DNA of 64,000 nt from Selaginella moellendorffii (taxonomy: Eukaryota; Plantae; Lycopodiophyta): contig NW_003314379.1 in NCBI RefSeq assembly GCF_000143415.4, positions 186,001 to 250,000 on the forward strand. The letters run 5' to 3'. Under the pieces are notes generated by a model, which did not search any database, was not told the DNA's origin, and worked only from the letters and a program-made list of their open reading frames with translations. A program made the translations under genes and the position numbers. This document shows positions 33,340-45,256 of the stretch, one piece after another (the stretch's first letter is position 1; the number at the start of each line of letters is the position of its first letter).

Positions 33340-34870
33340 GGATTTGGCGGCGAGCAACAATCAGCTCGTGGGATTCTTCCGGATGATCCCCAAGATAGTT
33401 TTCCTCGCCAGTCCTTTGGGCTGATACACGCAGTCGAGCAAGGCAACCTTTGGGAGCATGCTCTTTGTCCTCGAGGACTGAGCTTGGCCCGATTGCTAGG
33501 CACTTGTCATGAAGGCTGGAGAGGATATACATGGTCGCTGGAAGCTAAAGAGCAGATGAATCGTGTGACTCCATAGCCAAGGTGTTCTAACATGCAGCGA
33601 GGATAGTACTCGGCCACTGCACAGGTTGACACCAGGAACTTCGAGAATTATTGCCAGTATGTTGGCACACGATCAACAAGGGTATTTAGCTCACAATGAG
33701 CTCGCCCGGCACTGGAGTGGGCGTGTTTCAGCCGTCAGTGACTGCACCGAGAAATCTGTATGAATGGTGCGACCTGTTCGTGGAGATGGAAGATGACGAA
33801 TCGAAGCGAAGCGAAGCGAGAGGCCAGGTGCTTGACAAGGCAGAGAAGCGTCGCAAGACGGCTAAGGCGGACAGGAAGGTTGTTCTAGGCGCTGCTCGTT
33901 GATTGTGCTAACGCACTCACGAGAACATCACCGTGTGGTCAAGGGCTGGTTGCGGCAACCGAGACGCCAGAAGTAGTAATGGATACAGCCGGGCTTTGCC
34001 GGAGCTCCTCTTCCTTCTCTTCTGCATCGTTCACCTGAGTGACAACGGTTTTTTTTTCGAGGCTGCGGCAGAAGTTCCAAAGTTGAGAGGCTCTCGTCCA
34101 GCTGAGCCGAAGTACGTTGTGCGTCGTGGTGATTCGGGCCAGTTGTTGGAGCTGGAGATTGTGCACACCTTTGTGGATTACTTGTTCCGAGGTGGCAGCT
34201 ATCTTGGTCCGATTTGATGGTGGCAAGCAGCAGGCGATTCTCAAGAGAGGCTCAATACAGTGAGCCAAACGTGTTGCGGCAGCAGTCGGCATGCCAGCGG
34301 AGTTCTTCAACCAGGCGGAGACGGAGAATCGTGTTCGGGAGATTCTAGGTGGTTGTTCCGGAGGTTCTCTGGGCTGGTACTGGTGTGTAACCGTTTAGCT
34401 GGGCGAACCGTCCGGTTGTGCTCATGGCGGACGCAGGCGAGTCACTCGACGGTATGACGCTGCCGACGAGGTGGTGGCGATGGGAATGAGTTTGCTCGAG
34501 ACGGTGACCGAGCTACACAAGCGGGGCGTAATCCACAGGCACATATCCCCGCGGAACGTTGCATACCAAGCAGGAAAAGGGGAGCTACATGCGGCAGTGA
34601 GAGGACCTTGAGTTTGGCTTGGTGAGTGCGCTCTTCGGTGAAACGCTGGATGCTTCAGCGGATCTGGAAGGCATTCTATACACCACGATCAGGATGGGCG
34701 GACTGGACTGGACTGGGTCAGAAGCTGCTCAAGGGATGCATCAGGCGAGAGGTATTGGAGCGAGGATTCATCGCCAAGTTTGAAGAACCCCTCCCTTGGG
34801 GGCTCACAAGCAGAGGTCCCTGAGTTGACCTACATCGTGAGATTTTGAAGAGCTGCTCGGGAAGACCTAT
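33340..34870 (+). pseudogene. Decayed REase-like + kinase gene (FunK1/Crinkler-like)
   Basis: Frameshifted pieces: EWCDLFVEMEDD..EARGQVLD, ITVWSRAG, QAILKR, ETENRVREIL, VVLMADAGESL, LHKRGVIHRHISPRNV (34513..34560), ADLEGILY. Boundaries approximate. Confidence 0.6.
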
Positions 34871-35168
34871 GTCAAGAAATCCATTCATGATTTGGTAAAT
34901 TAACTACATGCTTCTTAATCTTAAGCTTGTGGGAGTGCCTCCGTGAAGAGGCGTTCCAAAAATTTTGATATGCCGCTATTATGTGGCCAGCACACGGTAT
35001 TCTTTAGTAAAAGGCGAAAGAATAGTTCGCTTTGCGCTGACCACACGGCTCATATGCTTTAGAGGGGGTCTTCGATTTCTTTATATACTCATACATAGGC
35101 ATGAAATCAAGCTCCGGCATGTGGGATAACTCCCGAAGCCCTAGGTCATCGTACACTTCCGTACTGCC

Positions 35169-35600
35169 CTAAGAGCATATGCTCAGCATTACACAGAGCC
35201 ATACCACTGTCATGGTAAGCCAGAGCAAGCGAATCAAAGCAGGATCGTCCACAAACTCCTCAGCCTCCCGAAAGAGAAACAGTGACGCCACGTGAACGCT
35301 GAAAGTCTTTCCAGACTTTGCTGATCCCAGAATGACACTCGTGTCCCATATAAAACTGATGGCCGATGCAATGCACTGCCGGCCAAGAACGCGGATGGAG
35401 CCCATCTAGAAACTTGATCTCTTTCCATCGGGCGTTTACGAGATCGTGAGTGGACTGTGCCACGGCCGAGCTCCAGTCGCTAGAAAACTGGGTACACAAG
35501 AACAAGTACCTCAACTTACAAGGCCGGACGACACACTTCGTCCCGCGTACCAAGACATGCTCGAAGAGATTGTCTACATTAGGCGCCAATTTACTTGTGC
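35169..35600 (-). pseudogene. Possible P-loop NTPase fragment
   Basis: SVILGSAKSGKTF at 35339..35301 is a hydrophobic strand followed by a Walker A motif (GxxxxGKT). The surrounding frames are broken. Confidence 0.3.
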
Positions 35601-36684
35601 CCAGAAATGTTTCCGCCTCTCCGTTGCCTGAACCACCGTTCGTGTTACACGTACGAGAGAAGATGGATCGATGGTCGATTCTGGCCAAAATATGCAGCAA
35701 TGCTGGTGAGCACGCTGCCAGCTTGATATCTTCGTGCAAACTCACATTGCAGTCTCTCTCCGATGGTCGCTTAGCAGCCACTTCCACAGAGAAGCGTGAT
35801 CGGTGATGTCAGTTGGTATTTCCCACTTGACGGCACCCCTGGAATGCTCTGGGTGCACAATCACATACCGGACAACCGCCGGCCGATCGAAAAGACTAAA
35901 GATGGATAACTTACAGAGCTCGGCCTAAACCCTATTGTTATATAACGATTCTTAAAAGATACCTTTATAGTATCTTTTTAACCGCAATTAGCACCCGGCT
36001 TGCCATATAAGCATACTCGGAAAAGATGCACCGTTCGTACGTGTGACAGAACGGCAGTTGGTGGCACTGGAACCTCGCAGAGGAATGTTGGTGCGCACTG
36101 GATGCACACACACATTCCGGACACATGCTGGCGAACACAGACAGAATGCTTTCAGCGGGCATTTGCTGCAAACAAGACATCCTTACTTTTTCATCTTACA
36201 TACACATCACGCTCCAAGAACTTCGAAGTGGCAGTCCAGTAAAAAGCCACTGTAGGCACGCTGAGCTTGTACCACCTTGCCTTCCCTGCCACTATCGCTG
36301 GGAGCTTGGATCACTATCACAACCTTGCGGACTACCTTCACAATGCAGAACCAAAACCTGTCATCACTGGGAGAAGCGTTAGTAAGCTGGAACACCTCCC
36401 ATGAGTTCTTCCCACGTTTGTATCACCGCAATAATGATTTGATCATATCCAACTCGTATATCCAGCTTCATTCAAGACCAGAAATGATCAAGAGTAAAGA
36501 GACAGCACCGATTGAGAAAAACTATCATATTGAAGATGGAAGGGAATGCATGACGTCCAGGGCCCAGTACACTTTGCCTGCGAGTACCTGTTGGGGTTTA
36601 GCAGTATTTGTTTTGAAGCAAAGGTGCAAGGATTTGGAGAAAGGACCAAGAAAACATTATTTGTATTTCTATAATTTCCACTTA

Positions 36685-37130
36685 TCAAGCAACACTCCCA
36701 TCAATAGTGAAGTGAGCCTCTTCACCATTAAAAGACCAATCCCATCTTCCTGCCTTTTGTGGACAGGTGTTTCGCCCACATGTGGCTTGCATGCATTGGC
36801 TAATGATATTATTACATCCAGTCTATTAAGATTCAAAATTACCAAGTACTTAGTAAGTATTAGTTTGAAGCTTGCCTCCCTTACCATACAATATTTTGCC
36901 TTGGAATTGCCTGTGAAAGTTAGAGTGACACTTCTCCTTCCAGATGAATCAAACCCAAAAATACATGTTTTCCCATTGTTGGCTATATCAGCACCACAAA
37001 AAGTATTGGCAGCTTGTTGGTAATTAGACTGTAAGCCCTGCTGGCATGGAACCTCCATAACAATCAGCACTATAAATTACACCAAAGTACAAAAGGTTAA
37101 GAAACAAAGTGCAATAATTACTCTATCCAT
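36685..37130 (-). pseudogene. Small secreted Cys-rich protein, two exons, disrupted near the signal peptide
   Basis: ATG at 37130 with a hydrophobic signal and in-frame TAA at codon 18. Exon 1 runs to 36885, then a 62-bp GT-AG intron 36884..36823, then exon 2 TGCNNIISQCMQATCGRNTCPQKAGRWDW...DGSVA*. Eight Cys in the mature part. Confidence 0.6.
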
Positions 37131-37183
37131 TGTGATTGAAAAGATGTATTGCAATGTCATGTTTTCTAGGCAGTTCTTTAATA

Positions 37184-37390
37184 GTTGATTCAAATGTGTT
37201 CTATTAGAACACACAAGTATTTGATAAGATTTATGATAAGATCAATGACTTTTACTACTAACCCTGCCCCATTAGTTGATTGAATGTTTCCTATTAGGAC
37301 ACGCAAGTATTTGATAAGATTTGTGATAAGATCAATGACTTTTACTTAGGACACCCAAGTATTTGATAAAATATATTTATGATAAAATTT
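37184..37390. repeat. Imperfect ~90-bp tandem repeat, ~2.5 copies
   Basis: caagtatttgataagattt.tgataagatcaatgacttttact recurs at ~37214 and ~37304, and partially at ~37356. Confidence 0.8.
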
Positions 37391-37959
37391 TATTTCTATC
37401 ACTTTATTCAATTAATAGTCTATTTAAATGTGCATTATTAAAATAAATCAAATGTAGGATATTAATATAAAATTTCTAAGTTATATTTAGTGTAATATAG
37501 AGCCCAGAAATATTCAAAGCAATATTTCATGACAGTTCTAGACTGTAACCAAAGATAGCAGTATATAGGAGATCCATGGCATCTATAGTCTTAGGTGAGG
37601 CTTAGGGTCAAGTTGTGAGTGTCTAATGGAGTTAGCAAAGATCCAAGAGGACATTTATTCAAAACTTGCACAAATAAAAAAATCAAGAATAGTTCATATG
37701 TTGAGGTAGCAATGGAAGACTATTTGGCATATCTTGCTTAGCCAAAAATCAAGCGTGTCCCTTGTGCAAGAAGTGATACTCCTTGCGGAATGTCCAAGAG
37801 TGAATTTGCAAGCCCCTTGTGTGTGCCTTGTGAACCAGAACACACAATTCTAACAGCCTGCTCTCACTTGAGTTTTGGCTTGTACTCATTATAAGCACAA
37901 TACAAGTTTAGTCTACTAATTTATACATGTGTATATATTTCTGTATCTCTATAGCTAAA

Positions 37960-38227
<268 letters not shown>

Positions 38228-38479
38228 TATCTAGGTAATATGCTAATTATAGGACTATAGCATATAGACTATTTAATCGATCCATTCTTGTATATAAAAA
38301 GGTCTAAACCCCAATTAAGATAGATCTAAAAGAAAAAGAAAAGAATAAAAATAAAAGCATAATACTAGAATAAAAACTTTACTCTCTAGGGGTATGCCCC
38401 TCACTTCCACCAATGTGAGTGTTTGGGATATGAGAACTAAATAGATTTGTATTAACTTTTTATAAGATCTAGAATTTTA

Positions 38480-39480
38480 GCTATTGTTGTGTTTAAATTT
38501 ACTCTTTCTTTTGATCTTTATAGCATTTCTTTCTTCTATCATGCCATATTGTTATTGATCAAGGAATATGTCACTTAAGATTGTTGATACTACTCCATTG
38601 AATCAAGTTTTTGGTGTTGTAGGGTGTGATCATATTGGTGTTGTATTCATCCTTGATGTATTGCCATCTCTCACTTTTGTGAGATATAATTATATAGCTT
38701 CTCTTGTTCTTAGTGTTTTGCTATCTCTTGTTAATATGGAGTGTGTTCATGATATTAATTGAAGAGTTGTGGATTATGCAATCCAATTCTTCAAGAATGT
38801 TTGAGGATCGAGTTTATAAGAAGACAATATTTACGAGCTTGAATGAATTTTAAATTGTGATGAGGAGCTTGATTATTATGGAGATAGTTTTAAAGACAAG
38901 TTGAAATTTTTGTAAGGTAGGTGTTAATCCTTTAATTTGTCATTTGATCACTTCCTTTTACCTTCTGTTTTGTCACAACATTTTTTTATTTCTTGGTTTG
39001 AGCTACCTTTTCATGTTTTTAGTTTTTTGGTCCTTATTTACAATATCTTCTTCTCTTAATATGTCAATCATTTATGACTCTTATGATTTTCATTCTCAAT
39101 TTAGTGTTGAGTTGAGTGTTTTTTATCCTCATACTAATCTAGATGTTAAGCATGTGCATAAAGTTGAGGGTCTTGCTTTTATTTTCATTGGCAAAGTCTT
39201 TAATCAATTGTGCTATTCAGTATTCCTTTATTCCAAGGTTGACTCACTTTTGTAAGAGTTTCAAATTGAATATATATCTCTGGTTGTGAGTATCTTTGAG
39301 AGCTTTTGCTTTACTGTTACTACTAAAGAGTTTATATATTCTCTTAAAAGTGTGGACATTTCTATTGATTTTCCCATCTTAAATATTGAATTATGTGCTG
39401 AAAAGATGGAGTGTTGTGAATTTTTGCTTAGATGATGGTGGTCAAAGTATTTTATGACAGAAAGTCCTTTGTATTCCAAA
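38480..39480 (-). mobile_element. Highly decayed LINE ORF2 remnant (tentative)
   Basis: Minus-strand FDHHHL resembles the endonuclease SDH motif. Downstream DQ*QYGMIEERN resembles the RT Q.GF...R motif at plausible spacing. Many stops. Confidence 0.3.
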
Positions 39481-40083
39481 CATTGAGCATATGTCCTTCT
39501 TTTTATTTCCCAATTTTTGCATTGATAAGTGCTAAAAGTTCCTCTTCTAATATTTATATATATCCCTTTTTATCTCTTTTACAATTTTTCTTTTTCAATT
39601 TTTATTGCTTTCTCTTTTTTGTCTTGACATTTCAAACTTTTTTTCTTTGGAGATGGGGGTAGAAGAGATAGATGAGAGTTCATCCCTAACAATAGAGTGA
39701 AGACGAACAAATACGATAGTGGAGTAGGATTATGAAATGAGGACAAATATAGTAAGTTTGAATAGAACATTTAACCTTAACATAGTGAAGCTAAATGTAT
39801 ATAATAGTGGAGTGAGGCCAAACATAAATGGTAGAGTGAAAATGAAAAGATGAATATCACGAGTTCAAGTTAATACAGATTGTGAATGTTAACTAAAGGG
39901 AAGACATAAAGGCAGGTTCTAATTATGTTTATAAGTCTGAGTTAACAATGGTCTCAAAAAATCATTGGTGGGCAAATTTAAAGGTAAGATATACTATTTG
40001 TTACAATGATGTTTTATATATTATAGTGGCTCTTGAGGTCCCTTTCTTCAGTTCAAAATTGTTGATTTAAGGTTAGTTTAAGC

Positions 40084-40605
40084 TGTAATTAACAAAAAAA
40101 AAATGACTCAAGGGACAATCTATAAAGTTTAAGAAAAAACCCATGAACAAAAGTGCATCACCTTTTCAAATCGGTTAAGGGTATTAAGATACTTGAGATT
40201 TTTGGGTTTGAGTAGTACTAGGTTGGATGATTTTCTAGGAAATCCAAATTCAGAAATTTATATTTTATCTCAAAAGGGTCTTAGGTCTAACTTTGTTAGT
40301 TAGTTAAGGGAATCATAAGGGTTTTGTGTTTGACTTTATTAGTTGGTTAAAGGAATCATACCATATATTAATAAAGACATCTAGTGGTCCTATTTGCTCT
40401 TGTTAGGCTTAACTCAAGGAGTAGAGTGTTAAGAGAGTTGTAACTTTCAACTTTAATTCACAAGGGTATGAACTTGCAAGGAAGTATGATATATTGTAAA
40501 TAATAAAAAAGAACGACTCAAAAAATAATCTATAAAACAAAAGTGCATTCTCATTTTCAATCAATTAAAAGTCTTGGGATACTTGAGGTTAAACATCATT
40601 GGGTT
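40084..40605 (+). mobile_element. Cassandra-like TRIM (5S-derived segment in LTR), decayed, 3' LTR truncated
   Basis: LTR1 ~40084..40262 contains ttgggtttgagtagtactaggttggatga. The internal region is homologous to 43066..43269. LTR2 starts at 40495. Confidence 0.72.
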
Positions 40606-41099
40606 ATAGGAGCTCACATGACCATTTGGTTGCTATATACAGAGTTGCAACTAATTCATTAGGATTTTGTAGTCCGCTAATGCTTGTAATATATGTATTA
40701 CTTTATCTAGGTAATAGATTAATTAATAGTACTATAACATATGGATAATCCATTTGAAACTAAATTTAGTTCATCCATTCTCATATATAAGCAGAGGTTT
40801 AAACCCAAATTAAGGTAAGCTTGTTTGTATGCAATAGTGGATAAATATAATGCATGGAGTGTTTTCATACCTTATGTGCATAGCTGGGAGAGCAAAACAT
40901 ACTAAGAGATTATATTCTATGAAAATGTTCTTAATTCAAATAAATTCTCACCTTTTATAAATAAAAAACGTTTTAGACACATGTTTTCTAATTACTTTTT
41001 CAATATATAATTACATTGGGCTACTATGCAATCTCTAGCATAAAGTGGGAAATCTTCATGTTATAAACAATAAAGAGAAAAAGGGTTAGCCTTGTCTAA

Positions 41100-44000
41100 G
41101 GTAGGCTACACCTCCTTTTGAAGTTCATTGTTATCACTTGTAAGCCCTTAAAACTACAAGAGAAAGAGAAACTTGGAAATTGCAAACATATTTTTTGGAA
41201 CCTCCAAAATCTTCCCTTTAACAAACTTTGTGATTTACATTACCATCCACAAATGCAAACTTTACACCGAGAGGTTATAAGCAAAGTTTGGTGTTTATGG
41301 TATTCTTGAATCAGCCTTGGTTCACGTTACATAGCTATATTACCCACATTAGTGGGGAGCTAACATAGCTCAAATGTCTCCTTCCATTTAACAAGTCATG
41401 CAATTGGCTTTGAATGCAAACATCAAATACAAGGAGTGGGAGTTGATGAGCAAAGCATGCTTTGATTGGCCTTGTCTACAACCTCAGCATATGATAGGAA
41501 ACTCCATATTCAGCAAGCCCTCAAGAAATTGCCATCTACCATAGGGAAACAAGTGTCAATTCCATCCACTTCACTTCCTCCCCAAGAGTGGTTGAAACTA
41601 GTGGATGACATGAAGCTGGACAAGGGTCTTGATTGTAGAGTAAAGGGACATAGAAAGGTTTGTAAGGCTTATACATGTCAGAAATAAAGAGCAAACATGA
41701 GTAGGTTGATGAGCATTCCAACAAAATGGTGAGGGAAATCTCATTCTAGTTGTTTTTGAGGATTTGGATTTGGAGTAAGAGATTTTCGTTTAGGAGGGAA
41801 AAGTTCTGTCTCAAGCTCCTGAGGAAGAAGCCACATTGGGAGCCACCATTTCACTGCCTTCTTTCTTTGGAAAAACAAGACTCAAGTGCATTTGAGTAAA
41901 AAGGGCAGTCTTAGGTTGTAAAGCACATTGGTAAACTTAGGAGCTTCACATTTCTTTGTGAATGCTCATACTTTGGTTGACAACCAAGCCAGCTCTCATT
42001 AGGGATCACACATTAAATCAAGTTAGAATCACACTCCATTGTAGTTAACTCTTCAATAATTCATCTTAGCCCATTTGCATCACATATGTTTCTTGTTCGT
42101 GGAGGATTACAAGGCTCTTAACAAGATAATTGTCAAGAACAAGATTCCTATTCCCAAGGTAGATGAGCTTTTGGATGAAGCAGTACCAAAATTGACCTCT
42201 ATTTTGGTTAATATCAGATTGCCATAAGGCCAAAATAATGTTCAGGACTCACTAAGGTTTGTTCATTTTAGAGTAATGCCCTTTGGCCTTACTAATGTGC
42301 CAACCATGTCTATGAACAAACTTTTGGCTAAGTATCTTTTCCAATTCATTATCGTTTTGTTTATGACATACTAATCTAGGACAAAGCACTTGGAAATGGT
42401 GTTATCAATTTTGGAGAGCAATGTTTGTGAAGTTATTCATGTGTTCTTTGGGAATGGAGACCATTCAGTACCTTAGATTTTGACAAGGTATGGGCTGATC
42501 AATCAAAATTACAAATTGTTACAAATTGGCCAAGTTTCTAAAGCATGTACAAGCCTTTTATGGTTTTGCCAACTATCTATGTTACTTTATATTATGACCT
42601 TATTTGGCAATATTTTCTGCTCTTCTATGGTTAGATGCAGCACAATCATTTGAGTTGTTGAGGTAACAACTTCTAACTACACTGTTACTTTCACTTCCAG
42701 ATTCCTTGGAACCATTTATTGTTAAGACTAATGCTTTAGATATGAGTAGTTCTTCACCAAAGAGAGGAAATGGTGGCCTTTGATAGTCATAGTTTCTCTA
42801 TTTATAAGTCTAAAGTACTAGTATATGAACAAGAAATAGTGGCTATTATCCATACCATTGATCACTAGTGTGTAAGCAACTAAAGAGAATGATTTGAAAG
42901 ATGGTCTATAGGGGTTCAAATATAAAGGGAAAGAGCTTATGAATAAAAATGCACTCTCTTTTTCAATCAGTTAAGGATTTTGGGATATTTAGGGTTAAAT
43001 GTCTTTAGGTTTGAATAGTACTGGGTTGGGTGACCTCCCAAGAAGTCTAAATTCAGGAGTTTACATTTAGTATCAGAGAGGTCTCGAGTCCAACTCTATT
43101 GATTGGCTAGGGAATCACATCACATATTGATTGACATTTGGTAAGTATAGTTTACTCTAGTTGGGCTCTACACGAGGGGTAGGGTATCAAGAGAGTGGGG
43201 CTCTTAGGAGAACTGTGGCTCTCAGCTTTTATTCATGAGGGCATGAACTTATAAGGAAGCATAATAAATTGCAAGCAACCAAAGAGAATTACTCAATAAA
43301 CGATCTATAAGGGTTCAAATATAAAGGGAAAAAAACCATGAATAAGAGTGCACCTTCTTTTCCAATCAGTTAAAGGTTTTAGGGTACTTAAGATTAAATA
43401 TCCTTAGCTTTAAATAGTATTGAGCTGGGTGACCTCTTGAGAAATAGTGTTATTACTTATTGCCTCGATGGTTTACACTTAGAACAAACCATCATAGCTT
43501 GAAATTCATTTTGGAGTAATAATATTTATCCAAAAAGTAAGGTGAAACAACTTCAAGCCTTGGATTTCACTATGATGTTCACATTCTTCCATATGCATTA
43601 TCACAACAATTTGAATGTCTCAAAGTGTTAGCATTCTTTAGTATTTCCAGATGGGAAGCAACATATGTCAATAAGATCCTACTCACTAGATTTGACACTA
43701 TTGGGCATTTGGCAACAGTTTTGTGACAATCCCAATTATACAGATGACAAGCAGACATTTCATGAGAACTTATTATGGGAGAAGGGTCTTATAGTTCTCA
43801 ATTCAAGTCATGGTTTAAGCAAGGAGATCTTTCAGGAGTGTCATGCAAGCATTCTAGCAAGACACCCTGATGTTTGGAGAACAACAAGTGCAATCAAATA
43901 ATGGTTTTACTAGAAGGGACTCTAGTGAAAGGTTTGCAACTGGACACATATCTGTTCTACCTATCAAACATAGAAAGGTCTTTTGGTTCCATTACCAGCT

Positions 44001-44200
44001 GCCTCTTCATCCAGACAGTATTTCAATGGACTTTATTGTGGGCTTCCCTTCAGTGCATGGCCATGATGCTATTTTTGTAGTGGTGGACAGTTTTTCTGAA
44101 GTGGCACACTTTATCCTTACATCTTCAACAGGCTCAGCACATCAGACAGCTGAATCCTTTTTGTCTGAGGTAGTCCAGCATCACTGTCTTCCATGGAGCA
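41100..44200 (+). mobile_element. Decayed Ty3/Gypsy pol region, interrupted by a TRIM and truncated in integrase
   Basis: RT DYKALNKIIVKNKIPIPKVDELLD (~42104) and VMPFGLTN (~42272), RNase H remnants, integrase ISMDFIVGFP..DAIFVVVDSFSEVAHFI (~44020). Confidence 0.88.
42871..43444 (+). mobile_element. Cassandra-like TRIM with two LTRs, tRNA-Met-like PBS and 5-bp TSD
   Basis: LTR1 42871..43065 (TGTAAG...TTACA), PBS tagtatcagag, LTR2 43270..43444, TSD TAGTG (42866..42870 and 43445..43449). 5S-like segment at 42994..43047. Confidence 0.85.
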
Positions 44201-44850
44201 CCCACAGCTCCAGCTCACACTGTCTTCAACATGGACAATAAGCGTAGCTGAAATAATGCCCCAACCATCATGGACATGTAATACCAGTTGAAGGTGCTGG
44301 CCTGCTTCTGTTCAAGAGGGTCCTCTTTATCAAACTGATCGCCTCTGAACGATGAGATGCAAGGCTGATATTCTCCATAACCCTACTGTGTATAGTCCAA
44401 GATCTAGAAGCACTTCTTGTTCCAATGTGCTAACAGAGCATTTGACACATTCATTTCACAAGGAGAAGGTTTTAGCAAGGGCAGAGTTATGTGACTGTAA
44501 GTACCACCATTCCCTGAATGATAACAGGTTAGGGAACGAAATTTTATTCTCAACCTCTTACCAGAAGGTAGATGATATGAAATATGAGATTTGCAAATTT
44601 GTATGGAATCCACCCAGCAAGGAACTGAGGTTTCCATGGAATTAAGAACGGCATTAGCTGCTTCTGAAATATGCTTATGTAGTACACTACTGAGATAGAG
44701 AATTAAGTTAGTCCAAACAGAAGCAAATGTTTGGGTTCCTCGAAGTTAAACTAAGGATAACAGTTCCAACATAACCCCAAATATATCGAGGTGTGGCAGG
44801 CCAATTGGTTGTTGCATCCTTCCAACAAGGATCAGCCTAGCACTACTATA
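44201..44850 (-). pseudogene. Decayed partial duplicate of the NPF transporter gene
   Basis: Collinear with ~48716..49520 including an intron (DNA-level duplication), with many deletions. Confidence 0.85.
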
Positions 44851-45256
44851 GAAATAAAGGATTGCAATTGCTCTGTTATAAGTCCTCAGTGCTGCATTAT
44901 TAGCAGGCCCTTGTCTGCATGAGGAATCGTGACAGATAAAAAAGTCCCTGATTGTGCATCTGGCCTCTACAACATTCTAGAAAGACCTTGCCAGACTCCA
45001 GTTTTCAATTCACTTTCCAGAAGCCTGGTCGCGCTCCAAAAAACGCCACATAAGAACCCTAGCTGAAGGCGGGAGAATGTCTGGATAACATCAGAACATG
45101 TCTCGAAACAACTAATACCGTCGTACAGAATAGGTCATGGAGAAGCTCTAACCTTTGTTGAACCTGTCCCCCAGAAGGTGACTCACTGGCCTGTTTTTCT
45201 GCTAGTGGAAATTTGGCAACCAATGTTTGAACTTACCTTCTAAATAGGTTATGTGA

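Noticed and set aside
36277-37023. 248-aa + strand ORF
   Set aside because: Non-ATG start and no motif. Its distal half is the antisense of the spliced Cys-rich gene, which explains the sequence better.
42994-43047. Genuine 5S rRNA gene
   Set aside because: Only the internal ~54 nt match, the 5' and 3' ends and oligo-T terminator are absent, and it lies inside an LTR.
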